A stretch of DNA of 64,000 bases from assembly GCA_050290185.1 (NCBI GenBank), contig JBNKHE010000007.1:160001-224000 (forward strand), in the 5' to 3' direction. Positions within the stretch are counted from its first letter, which is position 1, and each line of letters opens with the position of its first letter. The notes under the pieces are model-generated. The model had not been told where the DNA came from, made no database searches, and saw nothing but the letters and a program-made list of their open reading frames with translations. This document shows positions 8,206 to 17,823 of the stretch, piece by piece. A program made the translations under genes and the position numbers. Source of the DNA: Pontiella sp. GTDB lineage: Bacteria; Verrucomicrobiota; Kiritimatiellia; Kiritimatiellales; Pontiellaceae.

Positions 8206-8829
8206 ATGGCAGGTCGAAAGCAACCAGCAGCTAGAAAGAAGACACCGGCGAAGAAAGCGCCGGCCCGAAAAACTGCGCGCAAAAAAGCACCGGCGAAGAA
8301 GGCTCCAGCCAAAAAAGCGGCGAAGAAAACCACCAGAAAAAAGACCGCGGCTTCAGCCAATCCAGAAGATCAACTAACATTCGAGCCAACCCTTGTTGCG
8401 CTGGCGAAATGCCTGGGCGTGACCCGCCAGACCATCGACCGATGGAAAAAAATCGAAGGCGCTCCGGAGCCCAGATCGGATGGGCGGCATTGCGTTGAAG
8501 AGTGGCGCAAGTTTATGTCAACTAAGGATTTGTCGGGCAAGTCACATGACCTAGAAAGCCTCCGAGCTCGGGATCTTCTGGCGAAGTGTGAAGAGCGTGA
8601 ATTTAAAAACGCGGTGAAGCGCGGCGAGTATGTGAGCATCGAGGAAGTCCGGCTGGTTTGGGGGGAGTGCTGCGCCCAGGTAATCCAGCTTTTGGAAAAA
8701 GCGTTGATGGATGAACAGCCGCCAATTCTCGCCGGCATGGATGACCCGATCGAGATCCGGCAGAACAACGAGCGTGTTTTGACCGAGGCGCGCAGGATCC
8801 TTCACTCGGGCGAAGGGTTGACGCCATGA
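8206..8829 (+). CDS. Terminase small subunit (Nu1-like) with histone H1-like N-terminal extension
   Basis: Immediately upstream of terL with ATGA overlap; HTH LAKCLGVTRQTIDRW; RGEYVSIEEV; N-terminal KKAPA repeats. Confidence 0.8.
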   Translation: MAGRKQPAARKKTPAKKAPARKTARKKAPAKKAPAKKAAKKTTRKKTAASANPEDQLTFEPTLVALAKCLGVTRQTIDRWKKIEGAPEPRSDGRHCVEEWRKFMSTKDLSGKSHDLESLRARDLLAKCEEREFKNAVKRGEYVSIEEVRLVWGECCAQVIQLLEKALMDEQPPILAGMDDPIEIRQNNERVLTEARRILHSGEGLTP

Positions 8830-10643
8830 CCGATCGGCGGAAGCTGTTCAACATCTTCCGCGAGGTTTGGCGGCCTCCGGAAAAGGATACCCCCTGGCGA
8901 TGGGGGGAAAGAAATGTTTCGGACATTCCCTATTCGCCGATTCCCGGGCGCTTCCGCTCTGCGAACTCTCCGCACATCCGGGAACCGATGGAGGCCATGG
9001 CCGACCCGTCGGTGAAAGAGGTTGCGATTCTGGCACCGATCCAGTCCACGAAGTCACTCGGAGCGGAAATATTCTCGTGCTACCTGATTCCGAACATGCC
9101 GGGGCCAACGTTGTGGTTATGCGAAACCGATGACGATGCAAAAGACCATTCCGAGAGCCGCCTGCAGCCGCTTTACGAAAAGTGCGCGCCGGTGAAAGCC
9201 CTTTTCCCGGCGGACAAAAACAAGCGCCGTAACGCAACGATTCATTTCACTAATGGCATGACGCTCTGGATTCTCGGGGCCCACAACATCAAGAACCTGC
9301 AACGCCGCTCAATTCGCTGGGTGATTGGTGATGAGGTGTGGAACTGGCCGCAAGGGCACATGGCCGAAGCCGAAGCGCGCACCACGGCTTTCGGCTGGCT
9401 GGGAAAGTGCATCTGGTTGAGTCAGGCCGGCGTTGAAGATGATGAGTGGGACCAGAAATTCAAGAGCACCGACCAGCGGGAATTAACGTTTGAATGCCCA
9501 GAATGCGGAGAGCGGCAGGCCTATGAATGGAACCAGGTCGAATGGGATAAAACGTGCAAGGATGAAGAGGGGAACTACAACTTCGAAGTGCTGCGCGAAT
9601 CCACGCGATACAAGTGCAAGGCCTGTGAAACGCTCATCGAGGATACGCCGGTAAACCGCCGGAAAATGGGGGAGTCCGGCAAGTTCATCACAACGAATCC
9701 GAACGCGGCAAAGGAGTTGGTTGGCTTCCATTGGAACGGGATCGCCACGATGAAGTGGGGGCGCATGGCCGAACTGTATATCCGGGCAAAGCTTTCAGCG
9801 AAGAAAGGCGATCTGAACCCGCTTGTTCAATTCTACCAGAAGCGCCTTGCCAGACCATGGGACGAAAACGCGGAAGACTTCGGGATTGATGTACCCACCG
9901 AAGCCTATGAGCTCTCCAAGTTCTGGGAAAAAGAGGGCTATCTCAACGCCAAGGGTCAGGTTGTCGAAGGCGGTGACGAAACCGCCCGGGTGCCGCTGAG
10001 GTTTCTCACGGTGGACTGCCAGACCGACCACTTCTGGCTTACAGTCCGGAGCTGGGCCCCGAACGGGCAATCGCGGCTGGTCTGGTATGAGCGCGTTTTA
10101 ACCTGGGAGGATGTCGAAGAGACGCAGGTGAAATACAGCGTTCATCCGCAGATGGTCTTTGTCGATGCCGGACATAACCCATACGAGGTTTACAAACAGT
10201 GCGGAAAGCGCGGGTGGACGGCGTTGCGCGGTGACCAGCGCGAAGGGTTTATTCATACCCGCACCACGAAGGATGGCCGCCGGGAAAAGACCAGGCGCTT
10301 CTATTCCATGGCACAGGATCAGATGGCCGGCGGCGTTAAATGCCGGATGTTCTATTTTTCGGCCAACCGGATGCGGGACATCCTTCAGAGCCTCCGGCGG
10401 ATCAAGCTCGGTGATGAGTTGATATGGCAGGTTCCGGATGATGCCGACAAGTCATATCGCCGGCAGCTGGAATCGGAACGCCGAACCAAGAAGCGCGGAA
10501 AGTGGATATGGGAACAGATCGGCAGACGCCCGAACCACTATTTCGACTGCGAGGTCATGAGCGTATGCGCGGCGGTCATGCTGAAGATCGTCGGGGAAGA
10601 GTCGGTTGACACCGCCGGTTCTGATGATGAGCGTGATACCTGA
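8826..10643 (+). CDS. Terminase large subunit, lambda GpA family
   Basis: Walker A-like APIQSTKS, Walker B VIGDE, two CxxC pairs, GFHWN, nuclease LTVDCQ, and C-terminal NHYFDCE. Confidence 0.95.
   Translation: MTDRRKLFNIFREVWRPPEKDTPWRWGERNVSDIPYSPIPGRFRSANSPHIREPMEAMADPSVKEVAILAPIQSTKSLGAEIFSCYLIPNMPGPTLWLCETDDDAKDHSESRLQPLYEKCAPVKALFPADKNKRRNATIHFTNGMTLWILGAHNIKNLQRRSIRWVIGDEVWNWPQGHMAEAEARTTAFGWLGKCIWLSQAGVEDDEWDQKFKSTDQRELTFECPECGERQAYEWNQVEWDKTCKDEEGNYNFEVLRESTRYKCKACETLIEDTPVNRRKMGESGKFITTNPNAAKELVGFHWNGIATMKWGRMAELYIRAKLSAKKGDLNPLVQFYQKRLARPWDENAEDFGIDVPTEAYELSKFWEKEGYLNAKGQVVEGGDETARVPLRFLTVDCQTDHFWLTVRSWAPNGQSRLVWYERVLTWEDVEETQVKYSVHPQMVFVDAGHNPYEVYKQCGKRGWTALRGDQREGFIHTRTTKDGRREKTRRFYSMAQDQMAGGVKCRMFYFSANRMRDILQSLRRIKLGDELIWQVPDDADKSYRRQLESERRTKKRGKWIWEQIGRRPNHYFDCEVMSVCAAVMLKIVGEESVDTAGSDDERDT
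10605..10626 (+). promoter_or_regulatory. Recurrent TTGACAC late-module motif, copy 1
   Basis: GTTGACAC-N10-GATG; similar copies at 13094, 15786 and 26029. Confidence 0.5.
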
Positions 10644-10887
10644 TTACTATACCGGCTTCACACAGGTTGAGGTCGAAGAGATTCTGGCAGTCCAAAAAGC
10701 CGAGCTGAAGAAAACGCAGCAGGCCTACTCCGATGACGGCTCCAGCGTGAACAAGCGCCGCCTCGATGAAATCACTTTGATAATCAAGGGGTGTCAAAAC
10801 GCCCTGATTAAGTTTGATCCGGACACCTACAAGCGCGGCGGGCGCAAGGTGATTAAATCCGGGTTCGATGGCTACCTGGAGAAATAG
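10624..10887 (+). CDS. Head-tail joining (gpW-position) protein
   Basis: Small ORF between terL and portal, as in lambda-like heads. Confidence 0.65.
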   Translation: MMSVIPDYYTGFTQVEVEEILAVQKAELKKTQQAYSDDGSSVNKRRLDEITLIIKGCQNALIKFDPDTYKRGGRKVIKSGFDGYLEK

Positions 10888-10889
10888 AC

Positions 10890-12338
10890 GTGGCTGGGAG
10901 ATTTAGCAATTTCATCGCAACCAAGTTTCCAAGGCTTGGGCGTGTATTGGGTTTTTCAGGCTATGAGTCGGCGAATACTTCCCGCGCACGGGGCTGGCTT
11001 CCGGGCGGATATCCGCGCGATGCAAAAGAGGAAATGACATCCTTTACGCGCCGCGAGCTGGTAAAAAAATCACGCTACCACCTAAAAAACTCCGGCTTTT
11101 ATCGTGAGTACGTCGGCGATATGGAGATGTATTCCGTTGGTTCTGGCATGCGCCCGCAGGCCCAGACGGACAATCAGGAGTGGAACCGCAAAGCCGAGGA
11201 ATATTTCAAGGATCGCTTTTGCTTCCGGGCCGATATCACAGGCCGTTTTTCATTTGCCGAATGCCAATCCCTTGTGTGCCGGGCGGTGGATTCAGATGGT
11301 GAATTATTCGTTGTAAAGGTTCGAGACCGATTCGGTAGACCGCGCATCCAGCTGATTGAGTCGCATCGGTGCCAAGACGACGGCACAATGGATACGACGG
11401 ATGGTATCAAGTTCGACCAAGTCGGCGCTCCGGTTTACTACAACTTCCGGCAGGGCGATGATATGACCTATCGCAAGGTTCCGGCCAATGCGGTGATGCA
11501 TGTCTTCGAGCCGGAATATATTTCCGCCGCGCGCAACGCCCCTCCACAGCAGCACAGCATGAATAACATGCAGGATGTTGCCGAACTGCTGGCCCTCGAA
11601 AAAGGTGCGGTTAAATCAATATCCGATATCGCCCACATCCTGAAGACCGAAGCCGGAGAGGTCGATGAGAGCGGTGATTACGTGGTCAAGGTTTCTGAGG
11701 ATCAAGACGGCGATGGAGAACAAACAGATCCGGAATACATCCAAAAAATAACCGGACGTAAAACAGTAGCCATTAAGCCCGGGGAAGACCTGAAGCCATA
11801 TGAAAGCAGCCGCCCAAGTCCGACCTTTGCCGGATTCTTGAACTACATCGACCGGGAATCCGCCGGCGGCGGCCTGCCGCCTGAATTTATTTCAGATCCT
11901 TCCAGAATCGGCGGTGCCGTTGTGCGCCTGGTGACGGCCAAGGCGCAGCGCCGGGTTGAAAAGCGACAGCAGGCCATCATCAACCGTATGCTCGTGCAAT
12001 GCTGGGCCTACGTGATCGGCGATGCCATCGATCGCGGTGATCTGGAGCCGATGAAGGGATGGTACAAGGTTCGCTATGTCACGCCGAAAAAAATAACCGT
12101 GGATGCCGGCAGGGAAAACAAGGAAAACCGCGCCGACGTCGAGACCGGTCTGAAAACATTGGACGAGCATTTCAAGGAACTCGGACAAGATTTCGAGGAG
12201 CAGCTCGATATCAGGGCGCGCAATGCGCAGGCGATACTCAAAGCCGCTGAAAAATACGGCGTACCGGTCGAGATGCTTTACAACCCGTCAAAATATACCA
12301 GCTCCCAAGATATCCAAATCAGCACGCAGGGGGATTGA
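10890..12338 (+). CDS. Portal protein, lambda family
   Basis: YESA...R...DGELF...IQLIESHR...DGIKFD...PSPTF...VDAGRE pattern; position in head module. Confidence 0.92.
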   Translation: MAGRFSNFIATKFPRLGRVLGFSGYESANTSRARGWLPGGYPRDAKEEMTSFTRRELVKKSRYHLKNSGFYREYVGDMEMYSVGSGMRPQAQTDNQEWNRKAEEYFKDRFCFRADITGRFSFAECQSLVCRAVDSDGELFVVKVRDRFGRPRIQLIESHRCQDDGTMDTTDGIKFDQVGAPVYYNFRQGDDMTYRKVPANAVMHVFEPEYISAARNAPPQQHSMNNMQDVAELLALEKGAVKSISDIAHILKTEAGEVDESGDYVVKVSEDQDGDGEQTDPEYIQKITGRKTVAIKPGEDLKPYESSRPSPTFAGFLNYIDRESAGGGLPPEFISDPSRIGGAVVRLVTAKAQRRVEKRQQAIINRMLVQCWAYVIGDAIDRGDLEPMKGWYKVRYVTPKKITVDAGRENKENRADVETGLKTLDEHFKELGQDFEEQLDIRARNAQAILKAAEKYGVPVEMLYNPSKYTSSQDIQISTQGD

Positions 12339-12340
12339 CC

Positions 12341-13153
12341 ATGAGATTCGCACGCATTCAAAACGCCGTTTACCGTCAGCCGTGGAACATTACCGGCGGC
12401 GGTTGGATGAGCATTCATGAGTTGCTGCAAAGCCGGCTTTCCTCCGAGTACCAGCAAGGCATGTTTTCCGACTGGGTGAACGAGCGTCCAGACATGGAAA
12501 TCGATCAGAACGGGATCGCCCATATCCACGTTGTCGGCGTGCTGGGCAAGGGGTTGACCAATATCGAACGCAGTTGCGGTAACACCGGATATGAGCAAAT
12601 CGAGGCCGAGTTCGAAGAGGCCGAAGAGCGCGGTGCGCGCGGGGTGTTGCTGTATGTAAATTCACCGGGCGGCGGCGCCATTGGGAACGCGGAAATCTCC
12701 GAGCGCGTTTCTGGATCCCCGCTTCCGGTTGTCACGTTCGTGGATGATCTTTGCGCATCGGCTGCCTACTCGATTGCGGCGGGAACGAACCACATCGTCT
12801 GCACGAAATCAGCCGAGGTCGGCAGCATCGGAACCATCATTGCTTTGGTCGATGTGTCTGGTGCGTGGGATCAGATGGGCATGAAGCCCGAGTTTATCAC
12901 GCACACGGGCGGCGACCTGAAGGACGCCAGCTGGCCACCCAGCTTCACCGACGCGCACAAGGAATATTTCCAGCAAACGTGCGACGACTTCTTCGGCCTG
13001 TTCAAGGGCCATGTGCTGGCCCACCGCAATGTGGAGCCTTCCGCCATGCGCGGTCAGTGCTTTGTCGGCCAGCGGGCGAAGGATGCCAATCTGGTTGACA
13101 CGATTGGAAATTATGAAACCGCGTATGCTGAAATTTTGAAGCGCGCAAAATAA
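12341..13153 (+). CDS. S49 family head maturation protease
   Basis: VNSPGG, CASAAYSIA, VGSIG and ANLVD motifs. Confidence 0.93.
   Translation: MRFARIQNAVYRQPWNITGGGWMSIHELLQSRLSSEYQQGMFSDWVNERPDMEIDQNGIAHIHVVGVLGKGLTNIERSCGNTGYEQIEAEFEEAEERGARGVLLYVNSPGGGAIGNAEISERVSGSPLPVVTFVDDLCASAAYSIAAGTNHIVCTKSAEVGSIGTIIALVDVSGAWDQMGMKPEFITHTGGDLKDASWPPSFTDAHKEYFQQTCDDFFGLFKGHVLAHRNVEPSAMRGQCFVGQRAKDANLVDTIGNYETAYAEILKRAK
13094..13115 (+). promoter_or_regulatory. Recurrent TTGACAC late-module motif, copy 2
   Basis: GTTGACAC-N10-TATG at the end of the protease gene, ahead of scaffold/capsid. Confidence 0.45.
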
Positions 13154-13168
13154 ACCAAGGAGTACAGT

Positions 13169-13627
13169 ATGTTCAAGACACTCGACGAAGCCTGCGCAGC
13201 ATACGAGGCGCTGAATGAAAAATTTGAATCGCTGCAAGGCGATCATACTGCCGCCCAGGCATTGGCCGAAGAAACCGAAAAGGCGAAGACCGAAGCCGAA
13301 GCCGCGCTGGTGACTTCCAAGGAAGCCCAGACCAAGGCCGAAGAAAAGCTTCAGAAGGAAACCGAGCGCGCAACCAAGCTCGAAGCCGACCTGAAGACCG
13401 CCCAGAAAGAAAACGATACGCTCAAGGCCGAAGCGAAGTCCGCCGAAGAGCGCGCCGCCGCAATGTGCGCCGCTGCCGGTGTAGACCCGATCAGCATCGA
13501 TCCGGACAACAAAAGCGAAGGATCGCTAACCGAGCAGTACCAGGCCATCACCGATCCGGTCGAAAAAGCCAACTTCCTTGAGAAGCACAAGGCCGCACTC
13601 GTGAAGGAATCCAACAGCAAAAAGTAA
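13169..13627 (+). CDS. Coiled-coil scaffold-like protein
   Basis: A/E/K-rich coiled coil between protease and capsid; AAGGAG RBS. Confidence 0.7.
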   Translation: MFKTLDEACAAYEALNEKFESLQGDHTAAQALAEETEKAKTEAEAALVTSKEAQTKAEEKLQKETERATKLEADLKTAQKENDTLKAEAKSAEERAAAMCAAAGVDPISIDPDNKSEGSLTEQYQAITDPVEKANFLEKHKAALVKESNSKK

Positions 13628-13681
13628 AAAACCCTTAAGGAAACCAACCACTGAACAGAAAATTTAACCAGGAGATAAACC

Positions 13682-14581
13682 ATGGCACTCGACGCAGGAC
13701 TCGCAATTGATATCGTCTCGCAGGCAGCACTGAAGGCTTTCAATGCTACCATTCAGGCACTCAACTCCTTTTCGACCGACTTTTCCGCCGATGCGGTGAA
13801 GGTGGGCGAGAAGATTAAGTTTACCTGGACGCCCGCCGGCGCAACCGTGACGGACTACAATCCGGCCAATGGTTATGTGACTGAAGCACCTTCCCAGCTG
13901 CCGAAGGAACTGGCGATCGACAAGAACAAGTATGTTGGTTTCCACTACACCGACGATCAGCTGGCCACCATGACCCTGCTGAAGCTCGAAGAAATCGGCG
14001 CTCAGTATGGCGCGGCTCTGGCCGAAGCGGTTCTGGCCGATATCTGGGGAATCATCTTAGCCGCCAACTATGCGCAGGTCATCCCGGCCCCGATCATTGC
14101 CGCTGATTTCGACAGCGACGATGTGCTGGACATCGGCAAGCAGTGCACCGTTCTAAAGTGGCCCAAGGCCAACCGAAACATGATTCTGAACCCGGATTTC
14201 TATACCGCGCTCGCCAAAGATCCGGCGGTCAAAGATGCTTCCAAGTCTGGCGGCACAGAAGCCGTGCGCGAAGGGCGTGTTCCGAACCTGGGCACCTTCG
14301 CCAATATCTTCGAGTCCACGGTACTCGCAGAAAACGGCCAAAACCTCCAGGGCTTCGCGGTGAATACCGAAGCGATCGGTATTGCCTTCCGGGCGGTTAC
14401 TCCGGACATGTCCGCTCAAAAGGTAATGGAGCACCGTGTTTACACCAACGAAAGCGGCATGACCATCTGCTTCAAGGAATGGTATGACCCGAACAAGAAG
14501 ACAACCAAGCGCGTGCTGGAAGTCTACTACGGCAAGTGCGTAGGCAACCCGAACGGTATTGTCCGCATCGTTGATGCGTAA
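13682..14581 (+). CDS. Major capsid protein
   Basis: 299 aa, strong AGGAG RBS, position after protease and scaffold, C-terminal YYG..V.NP.GIVRI typical of HK97-fold coats. Confidence 0.8.
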   Translation: MALDAGLAIDIVSQAALKAFNATIQALNSFSTDFSADAVKVGEKIKFTWTPAGATVTDYNPANGYVTEAPSQLPKELAIDKNKYVGFHYTDDQLATMTLLKLEEIGAQYGAALAEAVLADIWGIILAANYAQVIPAPIIAADFDSDDVLDIGKQCTVLKWPKANRNMILNPDFYTALAKDPAVKDASKSGGTEAVREGRVPNLGTFANIFESTVLAENGQNLQGFAVNTEAIGIAFRAVTPDMSAQKVMEHRVYTNESGMTICFKEWYDPNKKTTKRVLEVYYGKCVGNPNGIVRIVDA

Positions 14582-14613
14582 TCGGTGATTTGAACCGAAA
14601 CGAGGTTGAACCA

Positions 14614-15198
14614 ATGGCAAAAACAATCGCAATCATCATAGCCACGGCCACCGACGGTACTTTGAGCATCGTCGGTGGGGCCGATGGCCTCATGTCGCGC
14701 AGCGACGCACGCACAAAGCTGCGCGAAATCGTAGGCGAAGATCTCGCCAAGGTTGAGCTCTTCGACTTGCGCCAGCCGTCCAAGCGCCGGAAGCTAAATC
14801 GTGCCACTGAGCCGGCTCCGCCGAATGAAGACACTCTGCCTACCTTCGACGAAATTGCCGAAAAACTCGCCTCGGGCGAAGTGGTGATTCCGGAGGATGG
14901 TCTGAAAAACGACGGTTCGCCCAAGGTAAAGGCCGTGAACGATTTGTTTGGCGTCAAGCTGGATGGCAAGGCGGTTGCTGAACTATGGGCGAAAGTCGAA
15001 GAGATGAAGAACCGCCCGCCGCAACCTCACGAAATCGCCGAAAAACTCGCCTCTGGCGAAGTGGTTATTCCGGAAGACGATATGGACGAAGACGGCGTTC
15101 CGTTCCTGGACTGGATCAATGAAAAGTTTGGCGTTGAAATTGACGAAACCGAACTTTCGGCGATCTGGGAAACGGTGCAGAAGATCAAGGCCGGATAG
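14614..15198 (+). CDS. Phage protein with duplicated ~60-aa domain (HeH/Mu gp35-like)
   Basis: EIAEKLASGEVVIPED occurs twice, 180 bp apart (14851 and 15031), each followed by DG.P...N..FGV. Confidence 0.65.
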   Translation: MAKTIAIIIATATDGTLSIVGGADGLMSRSDARTKLREIVGEDLAKVELFDLRQPSKRRKLNRATEPAPPNEDTLPTFDEIAEKLASGEVVIPEDGLKNDGSPKVKAVNDLFGVKLDGKAVAELWAKVEEMKNRPPQPHEIAEKLASGEVVIPEDDMDEDGVPFLDWINEKFGVEIDETELSAIWETVQKIKAG

Positions 15199-15261
15199 TA
15201 AACGCCATAATATTCCGTATCTTTAACAAAAAAATGAAATCCTAAATCAGGAGATTGAATC

Positions 15262-15681
15262 ATGAAAAAAACAGCTGTATTTTTGATCGCGTGTGCGGTG
15301 GCCTGCATATCCTTTGGCGGAATCGAGGGGGCGGCGGCCAAGTTTGATCCGATTACTACCAACCTCACAACGCAGGTACTGAGCTTTTCCGGCGAGGTCA
15401 TGCAGATTGGCGTTGAATCGGGGTCGACCAATGCCTTTGATCTGACCATCTCGGATTACTTTTCCGGAACCACCATCTACAGCGCAACCAACATCACGAG
15501 CACTTCGTTCAGTCTGGTTCCGCGGGTGGCCGCCACCGATACCGCCGGCAACACGGCAACCAATACGCTGGGCACAATTTATGTTCCGGCCTATGTCAAG
15601 TTGATCAGCGTGACCGCCGGTAATTCGACTACCACCAACGATACGGCGACCGTGAAAATGGTCATCAACAAATCACCGTAG
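15262..15681 (+). CDS. Signal-peptide-bearing Thr-rich beta protein
   Basis: MKKTAVFLIACAVAC N-terminus; AGGAG RBS; AT-rich upstream gap; terminator downstream. Confidence 0.7.
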   Translation: MKKTAVFLIACAVACISFGGIEGAAAKFDPITTNLTTQVLSFSGEVMQIGVESGSTNAFDLTISDYFSGTTIYSATNITSTSFSLVPRVAATDTAGNTATNTLGTIYVPAYVKLISVTAGNSTTTNDTATVKMVINKSP

Positions 15682-15724
15682 CGCGATTTTTGAACCGGGC
15701 TTCCCTTCCCCGTTCATCATCCCG

Positions 15725-15759
15725 GCCCCGGTCCGCGTGCCACGCGGGCCGGGGTTTTT
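15725..15759 (+). terminator. Rho-independent terminator after head module
   Basis: GC stem ccccggtccgcgtg / cacgcgggccgggg followed by TTTTT. Confidence 0.85.
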
Positions 15760-15785
15760 AATGCCGCCGCCCGCCGCCCGTAATA

Positions 15786-15808
15786 TTTGACACCCAGGCA
15801 ACAGTATG
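15786..15808 (+). promoter_or_regulatory. Recurrent TTGACAC late-module motif, copy 3
   Basis: TTTGACAC-N11-TATG just after the terminator, ending at start codon 15806. Confidence 0.55.
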
Positions 15809-16129
15809 AGCTACGAAGACCAGACAGAAGGCTTCCAGACGTTGCTCGATGCGTCTGGCCGGCAACTGACATTCAAGGTGAACGATGATGATGTGCCGTT
15901 TACTGCCCTTGTGGCGCGCCAGGACAACGAGGCGCAGCCGTATGACCTCGATCCGGGCGAGTGCCAGACCGTAACGGTTTCGCTCTTCAAGAGCGTTTTC
16001 GACCCGCTCCCGACCATTGGAAGCTATTTCAAGGATGACGAAGGCGGGCGCTACCGCATCAAGGCACGGCGGCCAAACCCGGGTCGACCGGTTGTTAAGT
16101 TCGTGTGCGAATATTCGGGCGGTGAGTGA
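15806..16129 (+). CDS. Head closure / head-tail connector (gpFII-like position)
   Basis: 107-aa beta-rich ORF with P.IG....D.EGGRYRI pattern. Confidence 0.65.
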   Translation: MSYEDQTEGFQTLLDASGRQLTFKVNDDDVPFTALVARQDNEAQPYDLDPGECQTVTVSLFKSVFDPLPTIGSYFKDDEGGRYRIKARRPNPGRPVVKFVCEYSGGE

Positions 16130-16731
16130 TGTTGGATCAGGCAAAAATAGATACGCGCCATCTTGAGTCATTTAATAAAACGCTTCAGGAGTACTTAAAA
16201 TGGAACGACCGGGAGCTAGGGCCATTGCTCCAAAATCGTGCGCAGCGCATGCGCTGGGAACTATATAAGATCTTTTCATCCATTGCGCCTACCGCAGACG
16301 AGGTTTCAGAGGAAGCAGTGCAGCGTGGTTACAAAACCAAACGCCGTATGGAGGGTGGGAGGCGTGTTAACTTTGAGCGGGAAATTAAAATACGCCGGAG
16401 TTCGGTTAAATACCTTTCAGTAGCATGGATGTTGCGCGATTGGCGCATGGCGAAAGAGGGACAAAACGTAAAACGTGACCAGATAAACCGTAGAAATCGG
16501 AAGATCGGCGAGGTGATAGACCGCACAGCAAAAGGAGTACGCCATCCATATGTCGAAATTACAAGCCTTCTTCGCGGTGCGGTTCGGATGAACGCAAAAC
16601 GTGGGTTGATTACCAGAGCCCTAGCCAGACAAGAAGCCGACATGCGTGAGTATATCTACAAAAAACAAAAACAGAAGCAGGCCCAGACCATCGCCAAGCT
16701 CAACGCCTTCACAAAAGGAATTTCAGTATGA
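16126..16731 (+). CDS. Basic neck / tail completion protein
   Basis: Highly basic 201-aa ORF in the connector cluster. Confidence 0.55.
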   Translation: MMLDQAKIDTRHLESFNKTLQEYLKWNDRELGPLLQNRAQRMRWELYKIFSSIAPTADEVSEEAVQRGYKTKRRMEGGRRVNFEREIKIRRSSVKYLSVAWMLRDWRMAKEGQNVKRDQINRRNRKIGEVIDRTAKGVRHPYVEITSLLRGAVRMNAKRGLITRALARQEADMREYIYKKQKQKQAQTIAKLNAFTKGISV

Positions 16732-17150
16732 AACTCCATGAAGTAACCCCGACCGCCCAAGGCATCATCACCGCGGTGAACGAACTCAAGGACATTCCGC
16801 AGATTATCGGAATGAACAGCAAGGCGGAGCTGGAAGCGGCCATAGCCGATTTTGGACTTGCGCTGGTGTTTATCCAGGAAAGCGGCGATCCGATCGACCC
16901 CGGCGCGCCGGATCTTTTACTCGACAACATGCTGATTATTGCGGTGCTTGAAAATCCACAGACCAACCAAACCGGCATGACCGGGCTGGAAATCACCGGC
17001 CTGGTGTTGAAGTCGATCCACCAGCACGATTGGTCCGAACCGGGGCTCAAGAATGCGCTGGTGGTTGACAATCCGGCATACACAAAAGGTGAACTGGAAA
17101 CCGGGCTGGAGTCCTATTTCTGCAATTTCAGAATAAAAACCATCGGATGA
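16728..17150 (+). CDS. Tail terminator-like protein
   Basis: Acidic 140-aa ORF directly before the tail tube gene. Confidence 0.55.
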   Translation: MKLHEVTPTAQGIITAVNELKDIPQIIGMNSKAELEAAIADFGLALVFIQESGDPIDPGAPDLLLDNMLIIAVLENPQTNQTGMTGLEITGLVLKSIHQHDWSEPGLKNALVVDNPAYTKGELETGLESYFCNFRIKTIG

Positions 17151-17158
17151 GGTAAATC

Positions 17159-17704
17159 ATGGCGAACGATACGAAAAAAACAATTCTCGGAACCGGCGAT
17201 TTTGCATTGATCATCGGCGCCGCCGCCGCGCCGGCAGACGAGGCGACCTATGATCTCGCCGCCAACGATTTCGGCAACGTTTCAAAAGTAGAATTTGCCA
17301 ACGAATCGAACCTCGTTGAGCACATGGGCTGTTACAAGGGTCTGAAAATCCGCGACGATGCGACGATTACAGAGCTGAAGCACGGCTTCAAGATGACCTG
17401 CGACGAATTTACCGAGCAGGGTTTCCGCGGCATGTTCCTCGCCGGTGCCGGTGCCGATGATGCCACCGATCCGACCTACACCAAGTATCTACCCATTTCA
17501 GCCGCCAACACCCTGAAGGGGTATGGCCGATTGCGCATCCACAAAGCCGGCGAAGCGGATCCGCGCATCATTTGGAAAAACTTCGAGTGCATCGTCCGCG
17601 TATCCACCATGCCTAATTTTGATGGATCGACCCACGCTTCGTTCGACGTTGAAGTCAACGTTCTAGCCGACCTTGGCGAAGTGCTCGTTAAGAAAACCGC
17701 ATAA
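17159..17704 (+). CDS. Major tail tube protein
   Basis: 181 aa, GAGGT RBS, LGTG...FGNV pattern, position before chaperones and tape measure. Confidence 0.7.
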   Translation: MANDTKKTILGTGDFALIIGAAAAPADEATYDLAANDFGNVSKVEFANESNLVEHMGCYKGLKIRDDATITELKHGFKMTCDEFTEQGFRGMFLAGAGADDATDPTYTKYLPISAANTLKGYGRLRIHKAGEADPRIIWKNFECIVRVSTMPNFDGSTHASFDVEVNVLADLGEVLVKKTA

Positions 17705-17823
17705 CCGGTGAGGTGAGCTGATGGCATCGCTTAACGAAATTTTCAACGGTGAAGTGGATAAGGCCGCGAAAAAGAAAGCGTCCCCACGTCCCGCACCGGA
17801 CAAACAGAGAGAGGAAAAAAAGA

